Positions 38,719 to 47,506 of a stretch of DNA of 64,000 nucleotides are shown in pieces. The DNA is from a bacterium (GTDB lineage Bacteria; Eisenbacteria; RBG-16-71-46), in the NCBI GenBank assembly GCA_043779265.1, contig JAYWEM010000058.1:2362-66361 (forward strand). The letters run 5' to 3'. Position 1 is the first letter of the stretch. Each line of letters opens with the position of its first letter. The position numbers were made by a program, and so were the translations under genes. Below the pieces are notes generated by a model that saw nothing but the letters and a program-made list of their open reading frames with translations, had not been told where the DNA came from and did not search any database.

Positions 38719-39755
38719 TCGAGTGGGGGGCAGGCCGACTCGTGCTGGCGATCGAGACCTCGTGTGATGACACGTCGGTCGCCGTTCTCGAGAACGGTTC
38801 GAGGCTCCGCTCGCATCGCGTCGCCGGGCAGGATGTGCACCGTCTGTACGGCGGCGTTGTGCCCGAACTGGCGTCGAGGGCGCATCTCGCTCATCTGCCC
38901 TGGATGGTCCGAGCGGCGCTCGAGGAAGCCGAGTTGTCGCACGATGCGATCACTGGTGTGGCGGTGACTCATGCTCCGGGTCTCGTCGGGTCGCTCGTCG
39001 TCGGCGTGGCGTTCGCCAAGTCCCTCGCCGCATCGCTCGCCGTACCGATCGTCGGCGTCAATCACATCGAAGCGCATCTGCATTCCGCGTCGCTCGAGCA
39101 CGGCGATGCCCCGGAACCGTCGGTGGCGTTGATCGTCTCGGGCGGACACACGGAATTGGTGGCGATCGATGGTTTCGGGAGCTACCGCTGGCTCGGAGCC
39201 ACGCTCGATGACGCCGCGGGCGAGGCCTATGACAAGGTCGCCAAGCGAATCGGGCTGGGTTTCCCCGGTGGTCCCGAGATCGATGCGCGCGCGAGTCAGG
39301 GCGATCCCGCCGCCTTCTCGTTCCCACGGCCGATGCTCGACCGCCCCGGTTGCGAGTTGTCGTTCTCGGGGCTGAAAACGGCGGTGAACGTCGCGCTCGC
39401 CGGGCATGGAGCGCCGCCCTATTCCGAACGGTTGATCGCCGATCTGTCCGCCTCGTTCCAGGCCGCCGTCGTCGAGACCCTGGTCGAGAAGTGCTCGCGG
39501 GCCCTGAGCGAGACGAATGCCCGGGCGCTGCGCCTGGGCGGCGGGGTTGCCTGCAACAGCGCCCTGCGAGCCGCCCTCGCCGAGCGCTGCGCCGCGCTCG
39601 AAGTGGCGCTGCACATCCCCTCGCCACGCTACTGCGTCGACAACGCGGCCATGATCGCGTGGGTGGGTGCGCGCCGGCTGGCAGCGGGCGAAGTCGCTGG
39701 GCCGGAACTGGATGCGGCTTCCTCCCTCGAGGCCTCGGGGCTCTCGCGGGTCTGA
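38715..39755 (+). CDS. tsaD: tRNA N6-adenosine threonylcarbamoyltransferase
   Basis: Reads 'LAIETSCDDTSVAV...GGVVPELASRAH...GVNHIEAH...VSGGHT'. ATGA overlap with cutA. Confidence 0.95.
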   Translation: MIEWGAGRLVLAIETSCDDTSVAVLENGSRLRSHRVAGQDVHRLYGGVVPELASRAHLAHLPWMVRAALEEAELSHDAITGVAVTHAPGLVGSLVVGVAFAKSLAASLAVPIVGVNHIEAHLHSASLEHGDAPEPSVALIVSGGHTELVAIDGFGSYRWLGATLDDAAGEAYDKVAKRIGLGFPGGPEIDARASQGDPAAFSFPRPMLDRPGCELSFSGLKTAVNVALAGHGAPPYSERLIADLSASFQAAVVETLVEKCSRALSETNARALRLGGGVACNSALRAALAERCAALEVALHIPSPRYCVDNAAMIAWVGARRLAAGEVAGPELDAASSLEASGLSRV

Positions 39756-39857
39756 CCGACCGGCTCCGGCGTGCTCGTCCCGCCTCTTCCATTCGTGATG
39801 GGCGCCTCGAGCGTCCGGCGGCTCGGCCCAAGCCGCTCGAGGAAATCGCGCAAGTCC

Positions 39858-40946
39858 ATGCGCCAGATGGCCGATGAACCACTGGAGATCCGAAGTGGTC
39901 CCGGCTCGCCCGAGGCCCCACATTCCATGGACGTCGGATCGTCTGAATCAGTCACCAGCCGGAAAGGGCCGGAGAACCGCGTGGACTCGAGCACCATCCT
40001 GATCGCCGAAGACGACGCCGGTATCCGATCGGTACTGCGCATGCTCCTCGAGACGCACGGTTTCTCCGTGGTCGAGGCAGTCGATGGGCAGGACGCGCTT
40101 GATAAGGTGCACGAGATGATGCCCGACCTCGTGCTGCTCGACGTGATGATGCCGCGTCTCGATGGCCACGAGGTGTGCGCGCGATTGCGCGACTCGTTCA
40201 CGACGCGCCACATCCCGATCGTGATGCTGACGGCACGCGCCGAGCCGAAGGACAAGGTGCTCGGCCTGAAGGGTGGCGCGAACGACTACGTCACCAAGCC
40301 CTACAACAACGAGGAGTTGCTGCAACGGGTCCGCAACACGCTCGACTGGAGCCGTCAGCAGCGCGCCGCCAGCCCGCTCACCGGGCTGCCCGGCAACCAC
40401 TCCATCAACGATGAGATCCGCCGCCGACTCTCGACGGGCACGTCCTTCGCGTTGCTCCAGATCGACATCGATCACTTCAAGGCGTTCAACGATTATTACG
40501 GCTACGCGAGAGGCGACCAGGCGATCCAGTTGCTCGCGCGCATCCTCACGGAGGCCGTCGCCGATCACGGTGGTCCCGAGGGCTTCGTCGGTCACATCGG
40601 CGGCGATGATTTCGTCGTCCTGACCTCGCCGAAATTCGCCGAGGCACTGGGCGAGGAGATCCTCGAGTGGTTCCGTTCGGCGACGCACGACTTGTACGAT
40701 CGAGTGGATCGCGAACGAGGGTTCGTCGAAGTGCTCAGCCGTCGGCACATCCTCGAGCGGGTCCCGCTCATGAGTCTGACGATCGCGATGGTCAGCACCG
40801 ATCGTGTGCCCGTCACGCATCTCGCCGAGCTGATCGACATCGCGCAGGAGCTCAAGGCGCACGGCAAGGGCATCCCCGGCAGCGTGCTGGTCGGCGAACG
40901 CCGGCGACGCGAGCAGGATCCACCCTCCGAGCGGCACGTCGCCTGA
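39858..40946 (+). CDS. response regulator with GGDEF-family output domain (non-canonical GGDDF motif)
   Basis: REC reads 'ILIAEDD...LVLLDVMMPRLDG...GANDYVTKP'. The GGDEF fold reads 'PLTGLPGNHS...IDIDHFKAFNDYYGYARGD...GHIGGDDFVV'. Confidence 0.85.
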   Translation: MRQMADEPLEIRSGPGSPEAPHSMDVGSSESVTSRKGPENRVDSSTILIAEDDAGIRSVLRMLLETHGFSVVEAVDGQDALDKVHEMMPDLVLLDVMMPRLDGHEVCARLRDSFTTRHIPIVMLTARAEPKDKVLGLKGGANDYVTKPYNNEELLQRVRNTLDWSRQQRAASPLTGLPGNHSINDEIRRRLSTGTSFALLQIDIDHFKAFNDYYGYARGDQAIQLLARILTEAVADHGGPEGFVGHIGGDDFVVLTSPKFAEALGEEILEWFRSATHDLYDRVDRERGFVEVLSRRHILERVPLMSLTIAMVSTDRVPVTHLAELIDIAQELKAHGKGIPGSVLVGERRRREQDPPSERHVA

Positions 40947-40953
40947 GCCGCGT

Positions 40954-43287
40954 ATGGACACCCCCCGGTCACGAGACGAGTCAGGCGCCGCGGCCGAACC
41001 CGATGTCCTGAGTCTGCTCGCCGAGGCCGTGCTGGCGCTGCGTGCGACCACCGATATCAGCGTCGCCTGGAGTGTGGCCGCTCGAAGCGTCACCGAGGCG
41101 CTCGGCGCGACCGACGCACGCCTGCTCCGCCTCGACCCCCGCAGCGGGACGCTTGCGCGGATCGAGGGCGGCGGCGTCGAGACCCCCTATCTCTCGGAAC
41201 ATGCGGGGCCGGTCGAGTGGTGCCTTCGCCACGAGCGCTCGCGATTCGACGCCGGCGACCACGAAGCACTTGGAGTCTGCGAGACTCTGTTGTGGACACA
41301 GCCGCCGGGCGCGCTCGCCACGCTGCCGCTTCTGGCGGGAGGCGTCGCGCATGGCTTCGTGTTGGTGGCGTTCCCGTCCCTCCGCACGTTCACGTCGCAG
41401 TCGAAGCGCTTCCTGCAGTCGCTGGCGGATGCCCTCGCCCTGGCGTTCGAGCGCGAGTCGCTCCGGCGCTCGCTCGATGAGGAACGCGCGCGCAGTGCCC
41501 GGCTCGAGCGCCGCCTGCTGGCGGCCCAGGATGCCGCCGCCGGACTCATGTCGATCGTCGCGCACGAGGTGCGCAGTCCACTCGCCAGCATCAAGGCCTA
41601 CACGGAGACGCTGACCGCCAACCTCGACAATCCGCAGGCGCCGCGGCAGCGGTTCGTCCAGGTCATCGAGGAGGAGTGCGATCGGCTGTCCGCGCTCATC
41701 ACCGATGTCCACGACCTCTCGCGCATCGAGGGCGGCGAGCACACGTTGCGCCTCGGCGCCGCGCAGGCTTCCGAACTGGTGCGCGAAGCCGTCGCACGCG
41801 TGCGCGGAGAAGCCACCAAGCGCAACATCGCGATCCGCGTCGATGCCGCCGATGATCCGCGCGTCGAGGTGGACCTCGAGATGATGCGGCGCGTTCTCGC
41901 CAACCTGCTGCTCAACGCCGTCGAGTTCTCGCCGGAGGGCGGCGAAGTCCGCGTCGCGATCGAACAACGCGCCGACGAGTGGATCTGCAGCATCACCGAT
42001 GACGGCTCGCCCCTGCCCGCCGAGGACCTCGGCGCCGTTTTCGAGGGCTTCTACCGCGCCCGTCGAACCGGTTCCTCGCATGAGGGCACCCGCCTCGGGC
42101 TCGCCATCACCCGTTCGCTCATCGAACTCCACGGTGGCCGCCTCGGCACCGACCAGCCGCTCGACGCGCAGGGCGATCGCCGTGGCGCACGCTTCATCTG
42201 CCGCGTCCCGCTCCGCCCCATTGCCTCGCCGCGCGCGCGCCGCATCGCCCGCTCGCTGCAGTCGCGCGAGGATCTGGAGCCCTTGTTCGAGGCGATCGTC
42301 GAGATGGTGTCGACCGCGCTCGACGCCGAGATCGTCTCGCTCGCCCTGGTCGATTCCGATCGAGGCGATCTGTTCGTGGCCTCGGCGACCGGCCGAGGCC
42401 GCGACGACATGCCCGCGAGGCGAGTGCCGCTGCGCTCGGGGGTCTCCGGCGCCGTCGCCGCATGGGGGCGCGCCATTCGCGTCGAGGACATCGAGACCGA
42501 CCGCCGATTCCGCCGACTCAATCATCCCCAGTACCACACCAAGTCGCTCCTTTGCGTGCCGATGCGGCTCGAGGGCGAGGTCGTGGGCGTGATCAACGTC
42601 AACAACAAGCGAAACGGCGAGTCATTCGACGACGACGATCTCGCGCTGCTCGTCCTTCTCGCCGAGCGCATCGCAGGCGCCCTCGAGCGCGCCGGTGCCT
42701 ACCCCGACAGTGAACGCGTCGTCGCCGACGCACTCGACGCCATCCGGTGCATGACGCGCATGCAGCGCGACCTCCATCTCGGTGGCAGCGCCGTGGTGCG
42801 CCTGACGCGCGCGCTCGCACGCGAGCTCGGCCTGGCGCCCTCGGAAGTGGACCTGCTCGGCTACGTCGCACAAGTCCACGACGTCGGCATGGTGCGGATC
42901 GAGTCCGAGACCGCCCACACCGGCCACCTCGACCCACGCCAGCGCGGCGCCGTCCGAACCCATCCCGAGGCCACCGTGGAGATCCTGAGGCCACTCGAGT
43001 ACCAAGGTGCCGTCCGCGAGATCGTCCTGGCGCACCATGAGCGCTGGGACGGGCAGGGCTACCCCAAGGGCTTGGCCGGCGAGGCGATCCCGATGGGGGC
43101 CAGGATCCTGGCCGCCGTCGACGCCTGGGAGAGCATGACGACCGCCAGACCCTACCGGGCCGCCAGGCCGCTCGGGGAGGCCCTTGCCGAACTGGACCGC
43201 GAGTCCGGGGCCCAGTTCGACCCCGAGGTGATCCAGGCATTCCGGGCGCTCATCGAGCGCGAGGGAGAGGTACGCCGGGCCGCATGA
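40954..43287 (+). CDS. GAF - HisKA/HATPase_c - GAF - HD-GYP multidomain sensor kinase/phosphodiesterase
   Basis: H-box 'VAHEVRSPLASIKAY'. N/G boxes 'NLLLNAVEFSP', 'DDGSPLP' and 'GTRLGLAI'. A second GAF reads 'LLCVPMRLEGEVVGVINVNNK'. HD-GYP reads 'HDVGMVRI...HHERWDGQGYPKGL'. Confidence 0.85.
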   Translation: MDTPRSRDESGAAAEPDVLSLLAEAVLALRATTDISVAWSVAARSVTEALGATDARLLRLDPRSGTLARIEGGGVETPYLSEHAGPVEWCLRHERSRFDAGDHEALGVCETLLWTQPPGALATLPLLAGGVAHGFVLVAFPSLRTFTSQSKRFLQSLADALALAFERESLRRSLDEERARSARLERRLLAAQDAAAGLMSIVAHEVRSPLASIKAYTETLTANLDNPQAPRQRFVQVIEEECDRLSALITDVHDLSRIEGGEHTLRLGAAQASELVREAVARVRGEATKRNIAIRVDAADDPRVEVDLEMMRRVLANLLLNAVEFSPEGGEVRVAIEQRADEWICSITDDGSPLPAEDLGAVFEGFYRARRTGSSHEGTRLGLAITRSLIELHGGRLGTDQPLDAQGDRRGARFICRVPLRPIASPRARRIARSLQSREDLEPLFEAIVEMVSTALDAEIVSLALVDSDRGDLFVASATGRGRDDMPARRVPLRSGVSGAVAAWGRAIRVEDIETDRRFRRLNHPQYHTKSLLCVPMRLEGEVVGVINVNNKRNGESFDDDDLALLVLLAERIAGALERAGAYPDSERVVADALDAIRCMTRMQRDLHLGGSAVVRLTRALARELGLAPSEVDLLGYVAQVHDVGMVRIESETAHTGHLDPRQRGAVRTHPEATVEILRPLEYQGAVREIVLAHHERWDGQGYPKGLAGEAIPMGARILAAVDAWESMTTARPYRAARPLGEALAELDRESGAQFDPEVIQAFRALIEREGEVRRAA

Positions 43288-43412
43288 AGGGCGCGTTCTG
43301 CCCTCAAGCTCTCAGAAGGCACTGCCGATAATCAACGGGAAGCAACGACATCGGGGCACACGCCCCTCGAAGCGCACGCGGGCAGGACGACCCGCGCACG
43401 GAGGTGAACGGG

Positions 43413-43808
43413 ATGGCCAAGGGCAGGATCCTCGTGGTGGATGACGAGATCTACATCGTCCACATCCTGGACTTCAGCCTGGGCATGGAAGGCTACGAGG
43501 TCATCACCGCTCTTGACGGTGAGCAGGCACTCGAGAAGGCCAGAGCCGACCGCCCCGACCTCATCGTGCTCGACATCATGATGCCGAAGCTCGATGGCTA
43601 CGAGACGTGCAAGCTGCTGAAGGCGGATGACAACACCAAGAACATCCCGGTCATCCTGCTGTCGGCCAAGGGCCGCAACGTCGACCAGAAGATCGGCTTC
43701 GAAGTGGGTGCGGACGATTACATCACGAAGCCGTTCTCGCCGAGGAAGCTGGTTGAGCGGATCAATGCGATCCTGGGACAAGGCACCCAACAGCAACGCA
43801 CCGCCTAG
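43413..43808 (+). CDS. single-domain CheY-like response regulator
   Basis: GGAGG lies 8 nt before the ATG. Reads 'RILVVDDE...LIVLDIMMPKLDG...LSAKG...GADDYITKPF'. Confidence 0.9.
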   Translation: MAKGRILVVDDEIYIVHILDFSLGMEGYEVITALDGEQALEKARADRPDLIVLDIMMPKLDGYETCKLLKADDNTKNIPVILLSAKGRNVDQKIGFEVGADDYITKPFSPRKLVERINAILGQGTQQQRTA

Positions 43809-45017
43809 ATTCTGGCTCGACAATTCGGGATGGCACGCAGCGTGCCCTGAGAGTTCTCCATGGCGAACGCTGCTCGACCCTCGCCCCCCTTCTGCCCGAA
43901 CCCCTCATGCCCGTTTCACCAACAGGGCCGGCCGGGCTGGCGCTACACGTCGGACGGCGTCCATCGTCGCAAGCGTGCTCCCTTCTGGGTCCGTCGTTAC
44001 CGCTGCAGTCGATGTGGGCGACGATTCTGCGACCAGACGTTCCGAACCACCTACTGGTTGAAACGCCCGGACATCCAGGCGCGAGTCTTTGTCGGGTTGG
44101 TGGCGTGTTCCGGTCAGCGACAGCTGGCCAGGTCTCTCGGGGTGGCACACGGAACAGTCGCAACCCACTCCTCGCGCCTCGGACGACACTGTCTTCTCCT
44201 GCACGAGCGGACCCGTCCTCGCGGACGCCTCACCGAGCCGATCTGCCTCGATGGATTCCACTCCGTCGAGTGGAGTCGATACCATCCCGTCGCATACCAC
44301 GTCGTCGTCGGCCTACACTCGCATTACTTCTACGGATTCACTGATTCCGAGCTGCGCCGATCGGGCAGCATGTCCGACTCGCAGAAGCAGTTGCGCGCAC
44401 ACTTCGAGGCGCGACTCGGTAGACCCGACCCCCGGTCCGTGGAGAAGCAAGTCGCAGCGGTTCTGCGAACGGTCGTGCAGACACCTCAACCGTTCGCACT
44501 TCACACGGACCAGCATGAGGACTATCCGCGCGCTATCTCCCGGCTTCCGCAGCATAAGGTCGCACACAGCACGATCAGTTCTCGGGCGCTTCGAGACCGC
44601 AATAATCCGCTCTTCCCGGTCAATCTGTTGGACCTGCTGCTACGGCACAGCCAAGCGGACCATCGGCGTGCGACGCTGTCGTTTCCAAAGCGGAGACAAG
44701 GCACCATCGAGCGGCTCTGGGTGTTCCTCGTTTGGAGGAATCTCCACAAGTGGGACTCGGAGAATCGTCCTGGGAGGACGCCCGCCATGCACCTCGGGCT
44801 CGAGCGTTCACGAGCCAGTATTCGGCGGATCCTTCAGCAGCGACAGTTTCCATCACACGGGCTGCTGAGTCCTAGCTGGTGGGGCTACTACTGGCGCGTC
44901 ACGCCGACTCGACGCATGCGTGAGATTCGAGTCCACGATCCGAAGTACACTCGATGACGAATGCGTGCGTGCGATCCGGCGCAACTGAGCACCCCGAATC
45001 TTCGCGCCACAACCTAG
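43805..45017 (+). mobile_element. single-ORF insertion sequence with 28-nt imperfect terminal inverted repeats and CTAG at both ends
   Basis: 43805-43832 matches the reverse complement of 44990-45017 at 22 of 28 positions. CTAG is found at both tips, at 43805-08 and 45014-17. The interior looks lower in G+C than the flanks and carries one transposase-like ORF. Confidence 0.6.
43860..44957 (+). CDS. DDE-type transposase-like protein with N-terminal zinc ribbons (IS1/ISMhu11-like arrangement; family uncertain)
   Basis: 'CPNPSCPFH...CSRCGRRFC' Zn fingers. Candidate acidic triad regions are 'ICLDGFHS', 'LHTDQHEDY' and 'VNLLDLLLRH...RRATLSFPKRRQ'. The last resembles the IS1 'N.IE..N..LR...R.T..FSKS' tail. 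Confidence 0.5.
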   Translation: MANAARPSPPFCPNPSCPFHQQGRPGWRYTSDGVHRRKRAPFWVRRYRCSRCGRRFCDQTFRTTYWLKRPDIQARVFVGLVACSGQRQLARSLGVAHGTVATHSSRLGRHCLLLHERTRPRGRLTEPICLDGFHSVEWSRYHPVAYHVVVGLHSHYFYGFTDSELRRSGSMSDSQKQLRAHFEARLGRPDPRSVEKQVAAVLRTVVQTPQPFALHTDQHEDYPRAISRLPQHKVAHSTISSRALRDRNNPLFPVNLLDLLLRHSQADHRRATLSFPKRRQGTIERLWVFLVWRNLHKWDSENRPGRTPAMHLGLERSRASIRRILQQRQFPSHGLLSPSWWGYYWRVTPTRRMREIRVHDPKYTR

Positions 45018-47434
45018 CGGATGACGACGAAGCGGCCGGTGGTTTGGCCTAGTGCCGAATCCACCGTGAACACATACAACCCACTCACCACATCCTGCCC
45101 ATTGCGCGAGATCAGGTCCCAACTCGCCTGCCCGTTGCCACCTCGGCCGTCGTGGTCGATCTGGGCCACGAAGTCGCCGGCCACGGTCCACACCTTGATG
45201 GTGCAGCGCGCGCGCGGCAGGCCGACGAAGTCGAGGTGGCGGGCGAAGACGTCGCCGGGGACCGGGCGGCGATCCCACTCGGCGCCGCCGCGGTAGGGGT
45301 TGGGCACCACGCGCACGCGCGAGGCATCGTCTCGCGCCTCGGCCCTCGGGCGCACGACGTCGCCGAAGACGGCGCGGAACGGACTCTCCAATGTCTCGCG
45401 GCGCGGGACTCCGCCCTGGATCGTGTCGAGGACGGCGAGCGTCGTGACGGCGTAGTGATAGTCGAACCCGTCGATGACCTCTCGGTCGACGTACTGGTAG
45501 CGGCCGATGGGATAGTGCCTTCGTTCGTAGAGCACGTAGTCGTACGGGATCGTCGGGTCCGTGATCGTGGACAACGCACTCGATCCGAACAGGGTGTCGG
45601 GGCCGAATGATCCGATCTGCTGCCATTGCGGGATGGGTGGGAAGAGCGCATTGCGCGTCCAGTCGCTCAGGCGGTAAAGCCGGTAGCCGCCGAAGCGCCA
45701 GCGGCCGCCGGGGATGATGCCGGCGCCGATGACGATCTCGGGGTAGTCGTCCCATGCGACGCGGATCTCGCGCTCGCCCGCGGTGACCCGGGTCGAGGGC
45801 TGGGGCGGAGCGGCGGTGCCGGTGGTCCAGTGCACTGGTGTCTCGCGGCCGTCGCGGCCGGTGCAATTGTCGCAGTCCCAGTCGGTCCACACACAGGGCA
45901 GGGTGCTGCTGTAGGGAACGTCCGAGGGCCCTGCCGGCGGGAAGTTATTGACGCCGTCGTAGGCCGGATCCTCGATGTACTTCTTGTTGCAGTTGGGGTC
46001 CCAGTTGAACTCGATGCCGGGCGGCGGCGCGTAGCAGATCTCGTGGCCGTTGATCCCGGTGAAACCGCCGGTGTGGGAGCCGAGCGGGCTCGTATCGGGC
46101 AGCCGATTCTGGAAGACGCCATGCCAGAGCAGGCGTGCCGATGTCGCCGCGGCGCTCAGGGAGTCGGCGTTCTCACCCAACACGAAGGCGACCGCCATCT
46201 CCACGGTCTGGCCGGGGTCGAGCGTCACAAACGGCCCGCACGACAGCAGCACGGAATAGTCGCGCAGCTGGGATCGACTACTCGCGGGGAACTCGCCGCG
46301 GAGCGCCTCGTAGCGGTCGACATCGAGCGTCGGCGGGCCGCCCTGGCGCGGCGCGATTCCGCGCGAGAAGACGGTGTAGCGGAATGTCGTGTCCTTGGGC
46401 GGCGCGCGTCGGGAGTCGTAGGCGGCGCGGGCGCCGAGTTGGGCGAAGTTATCGATCCGCCCCAACGGGTCGGTCGTGTGCGAGAGACCGACGAGTCCGA
46501 CCCAGGGCAGGTCGGCGCGGCTGCCGTCTCGAACTCCCACGGAGCGGCCGGCCAATGTCCGGTAGCACTCCTTGATCCAGATCGAGGCGATGGTGGATCG
46601 GCCCTCGTAGAAGCTCACGCTGTCGGCGAACTCGAAAACGGTGTCATCGTTCTGGCTTCCGGCTGCGGTGACTTCGCGCGAGTCGAGGTCGGCGTGCACG
46701 CCGACATACACATCGTGGAGCCGCTCATTGGATGTATTGGTGATGAACCAGTGCACACCGGCCACGCGCTCATAGCCCGGTGCGTTGTAGGCGAACGCCT
46801 GCTGGCGCACCTCGAGTCCGAGCGGTCGATGGGTCTCACCCTGGGGCCCGACCTGACCGACCGCCTCGGGTTGGTCGTCGCGAAAGGTCGATTCGGCCAA
46901 CTGCTGCGACGGGAGGAACACGTCCTCGTCGATCTCGCCATCGCCGTCATCATCGCGGCCGTTGGCGGATTCCTCATCGATCCGGCCATCGCCGTCATCG
47001 TCGAACATCGCGCGAGTGCCGAGGGCGCCGGCTTCGACGACTCGGACACGGTCGTCGGCCGCGAGGGTCGGCCGCCACTCGAGCAGAGGGCCGCCCGAGA
47101 CGCCGTAGCTGCCGTCGGAGCGCCGAGCGCCCACCCAGAGTTCGGCGTGCGACAGCGCCTCGTGCCCGCTGCCCCTCGGGTACTCGAGCGAAGGGTCGTT
47201 CGAGAGGCCGCGGTCATAGTAGGCGTTACCGAGCACGCCGATGTTCGTGATCCGGAAGCTGAAGGCGCCCGCGTCCAGCCGAGGGCCGCGATCCTCGATA
47301 TCGAGGAAGGCGCGAGCCGGGGCGGCCAGGAGCAACGGGAGACTGAGGAGTGTGAGCGTGATGCGGGGTCGGAGGCGCAAGTCTCCCTCGATCGGTCGGT
47401 TGGAACTCGGCGGCGCGAGAGGATAGCGGGTCAT
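45014..47434 (-). CDS. large secreted protein with Asp-rich Ca-binding-type repeats and a C-terminal FlgD-Ig-like sorting domain
   Basis: ATG at 47434 with signal 'ITLTLLSLPLLLAAPARA'. Reads 'DDDGDGRIDEESANGRDDDGDGEIDED', and the C-terminus reads 'VVPNPYRGG...TIKVWTVAGDFV...SGLYVFTVDS...GRFVVIR'. The rest of the 1499-aa track ORF is antisense to priA. Confidence 0.75.
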   Translation of the reverse strand: MTRYPLAPPSSNRPIEGDLRLRPRITLTLLSLPLLLAAPARAFLDIEDRGPRLDAGAFSFRITNIGVLGNAYYDRGLSNDPSLEYPRGSGHEALSHAELWVGARRSDGSYGVSGGPLLEWRPTLAADDRVRVVEAGALGTRAMFDDDGDGRIDEESANGRDDDGDGEIDEDVFLPSQQLAESTFRDDQPEAVGQVGPQGETHRPLGLEVRQQAFAYNAPGYERVAGVHWFITNTSNERLHDVYVGVHADLDSREVTAAGSQNDDTVFEFADSVSFYEGRSTIASIWIKECYRTLAGRSVGVRDGSRADLPWVGLVGLSHTTDPLGRIDNFAQLGARAAYDSRRAPPKDTTFRYTVFSRGIAPRQGGPPTLDVDRYEALRGEFPASSRSQLRDYSVLLSCGPFVTLDPGQTVEMAVAFVLGENADSLSAAATSARLLWHGVFQNRLPDTSPLGSHTGGFTGINGHEICYAPPPGIEFNWDPNCNKKYIEDPAYDGVNNFPPAGPSDVPYSSTLPCVWTDWDCDNCTGRDGRETPVHWTTGTAAPPQPSTRVTAGEREIRVAWDDYPEIVIGAGIIPGGRWRFGGYRLYRLSDWTRNALFPPIPQWQQIGSFGPDTLFGSSALSTITDPTIPYDYVLYERRHYPIGRYQYVDREVIDGFDYHYAVTTLAVLDTIQGGVPRRETLESPFRAVFGDVVRPRAEARDDASRVRVVPNPYRGGAEWDRRPVPGDVFARHLDFVGLPRARCTIKVWTVAGDFVAQIDHDGRGGNGQASWDLISRNGQDVVSGLYVFTVDSALGQTTGRFVVIR

Positions 47435-47506
47435 CGGTGCGTGCGCCACGGCGCATCGGGCGGCGGTTTGCGCCGCCCATGCTCGCGCATCATCGTGCGG
47501 AACACG

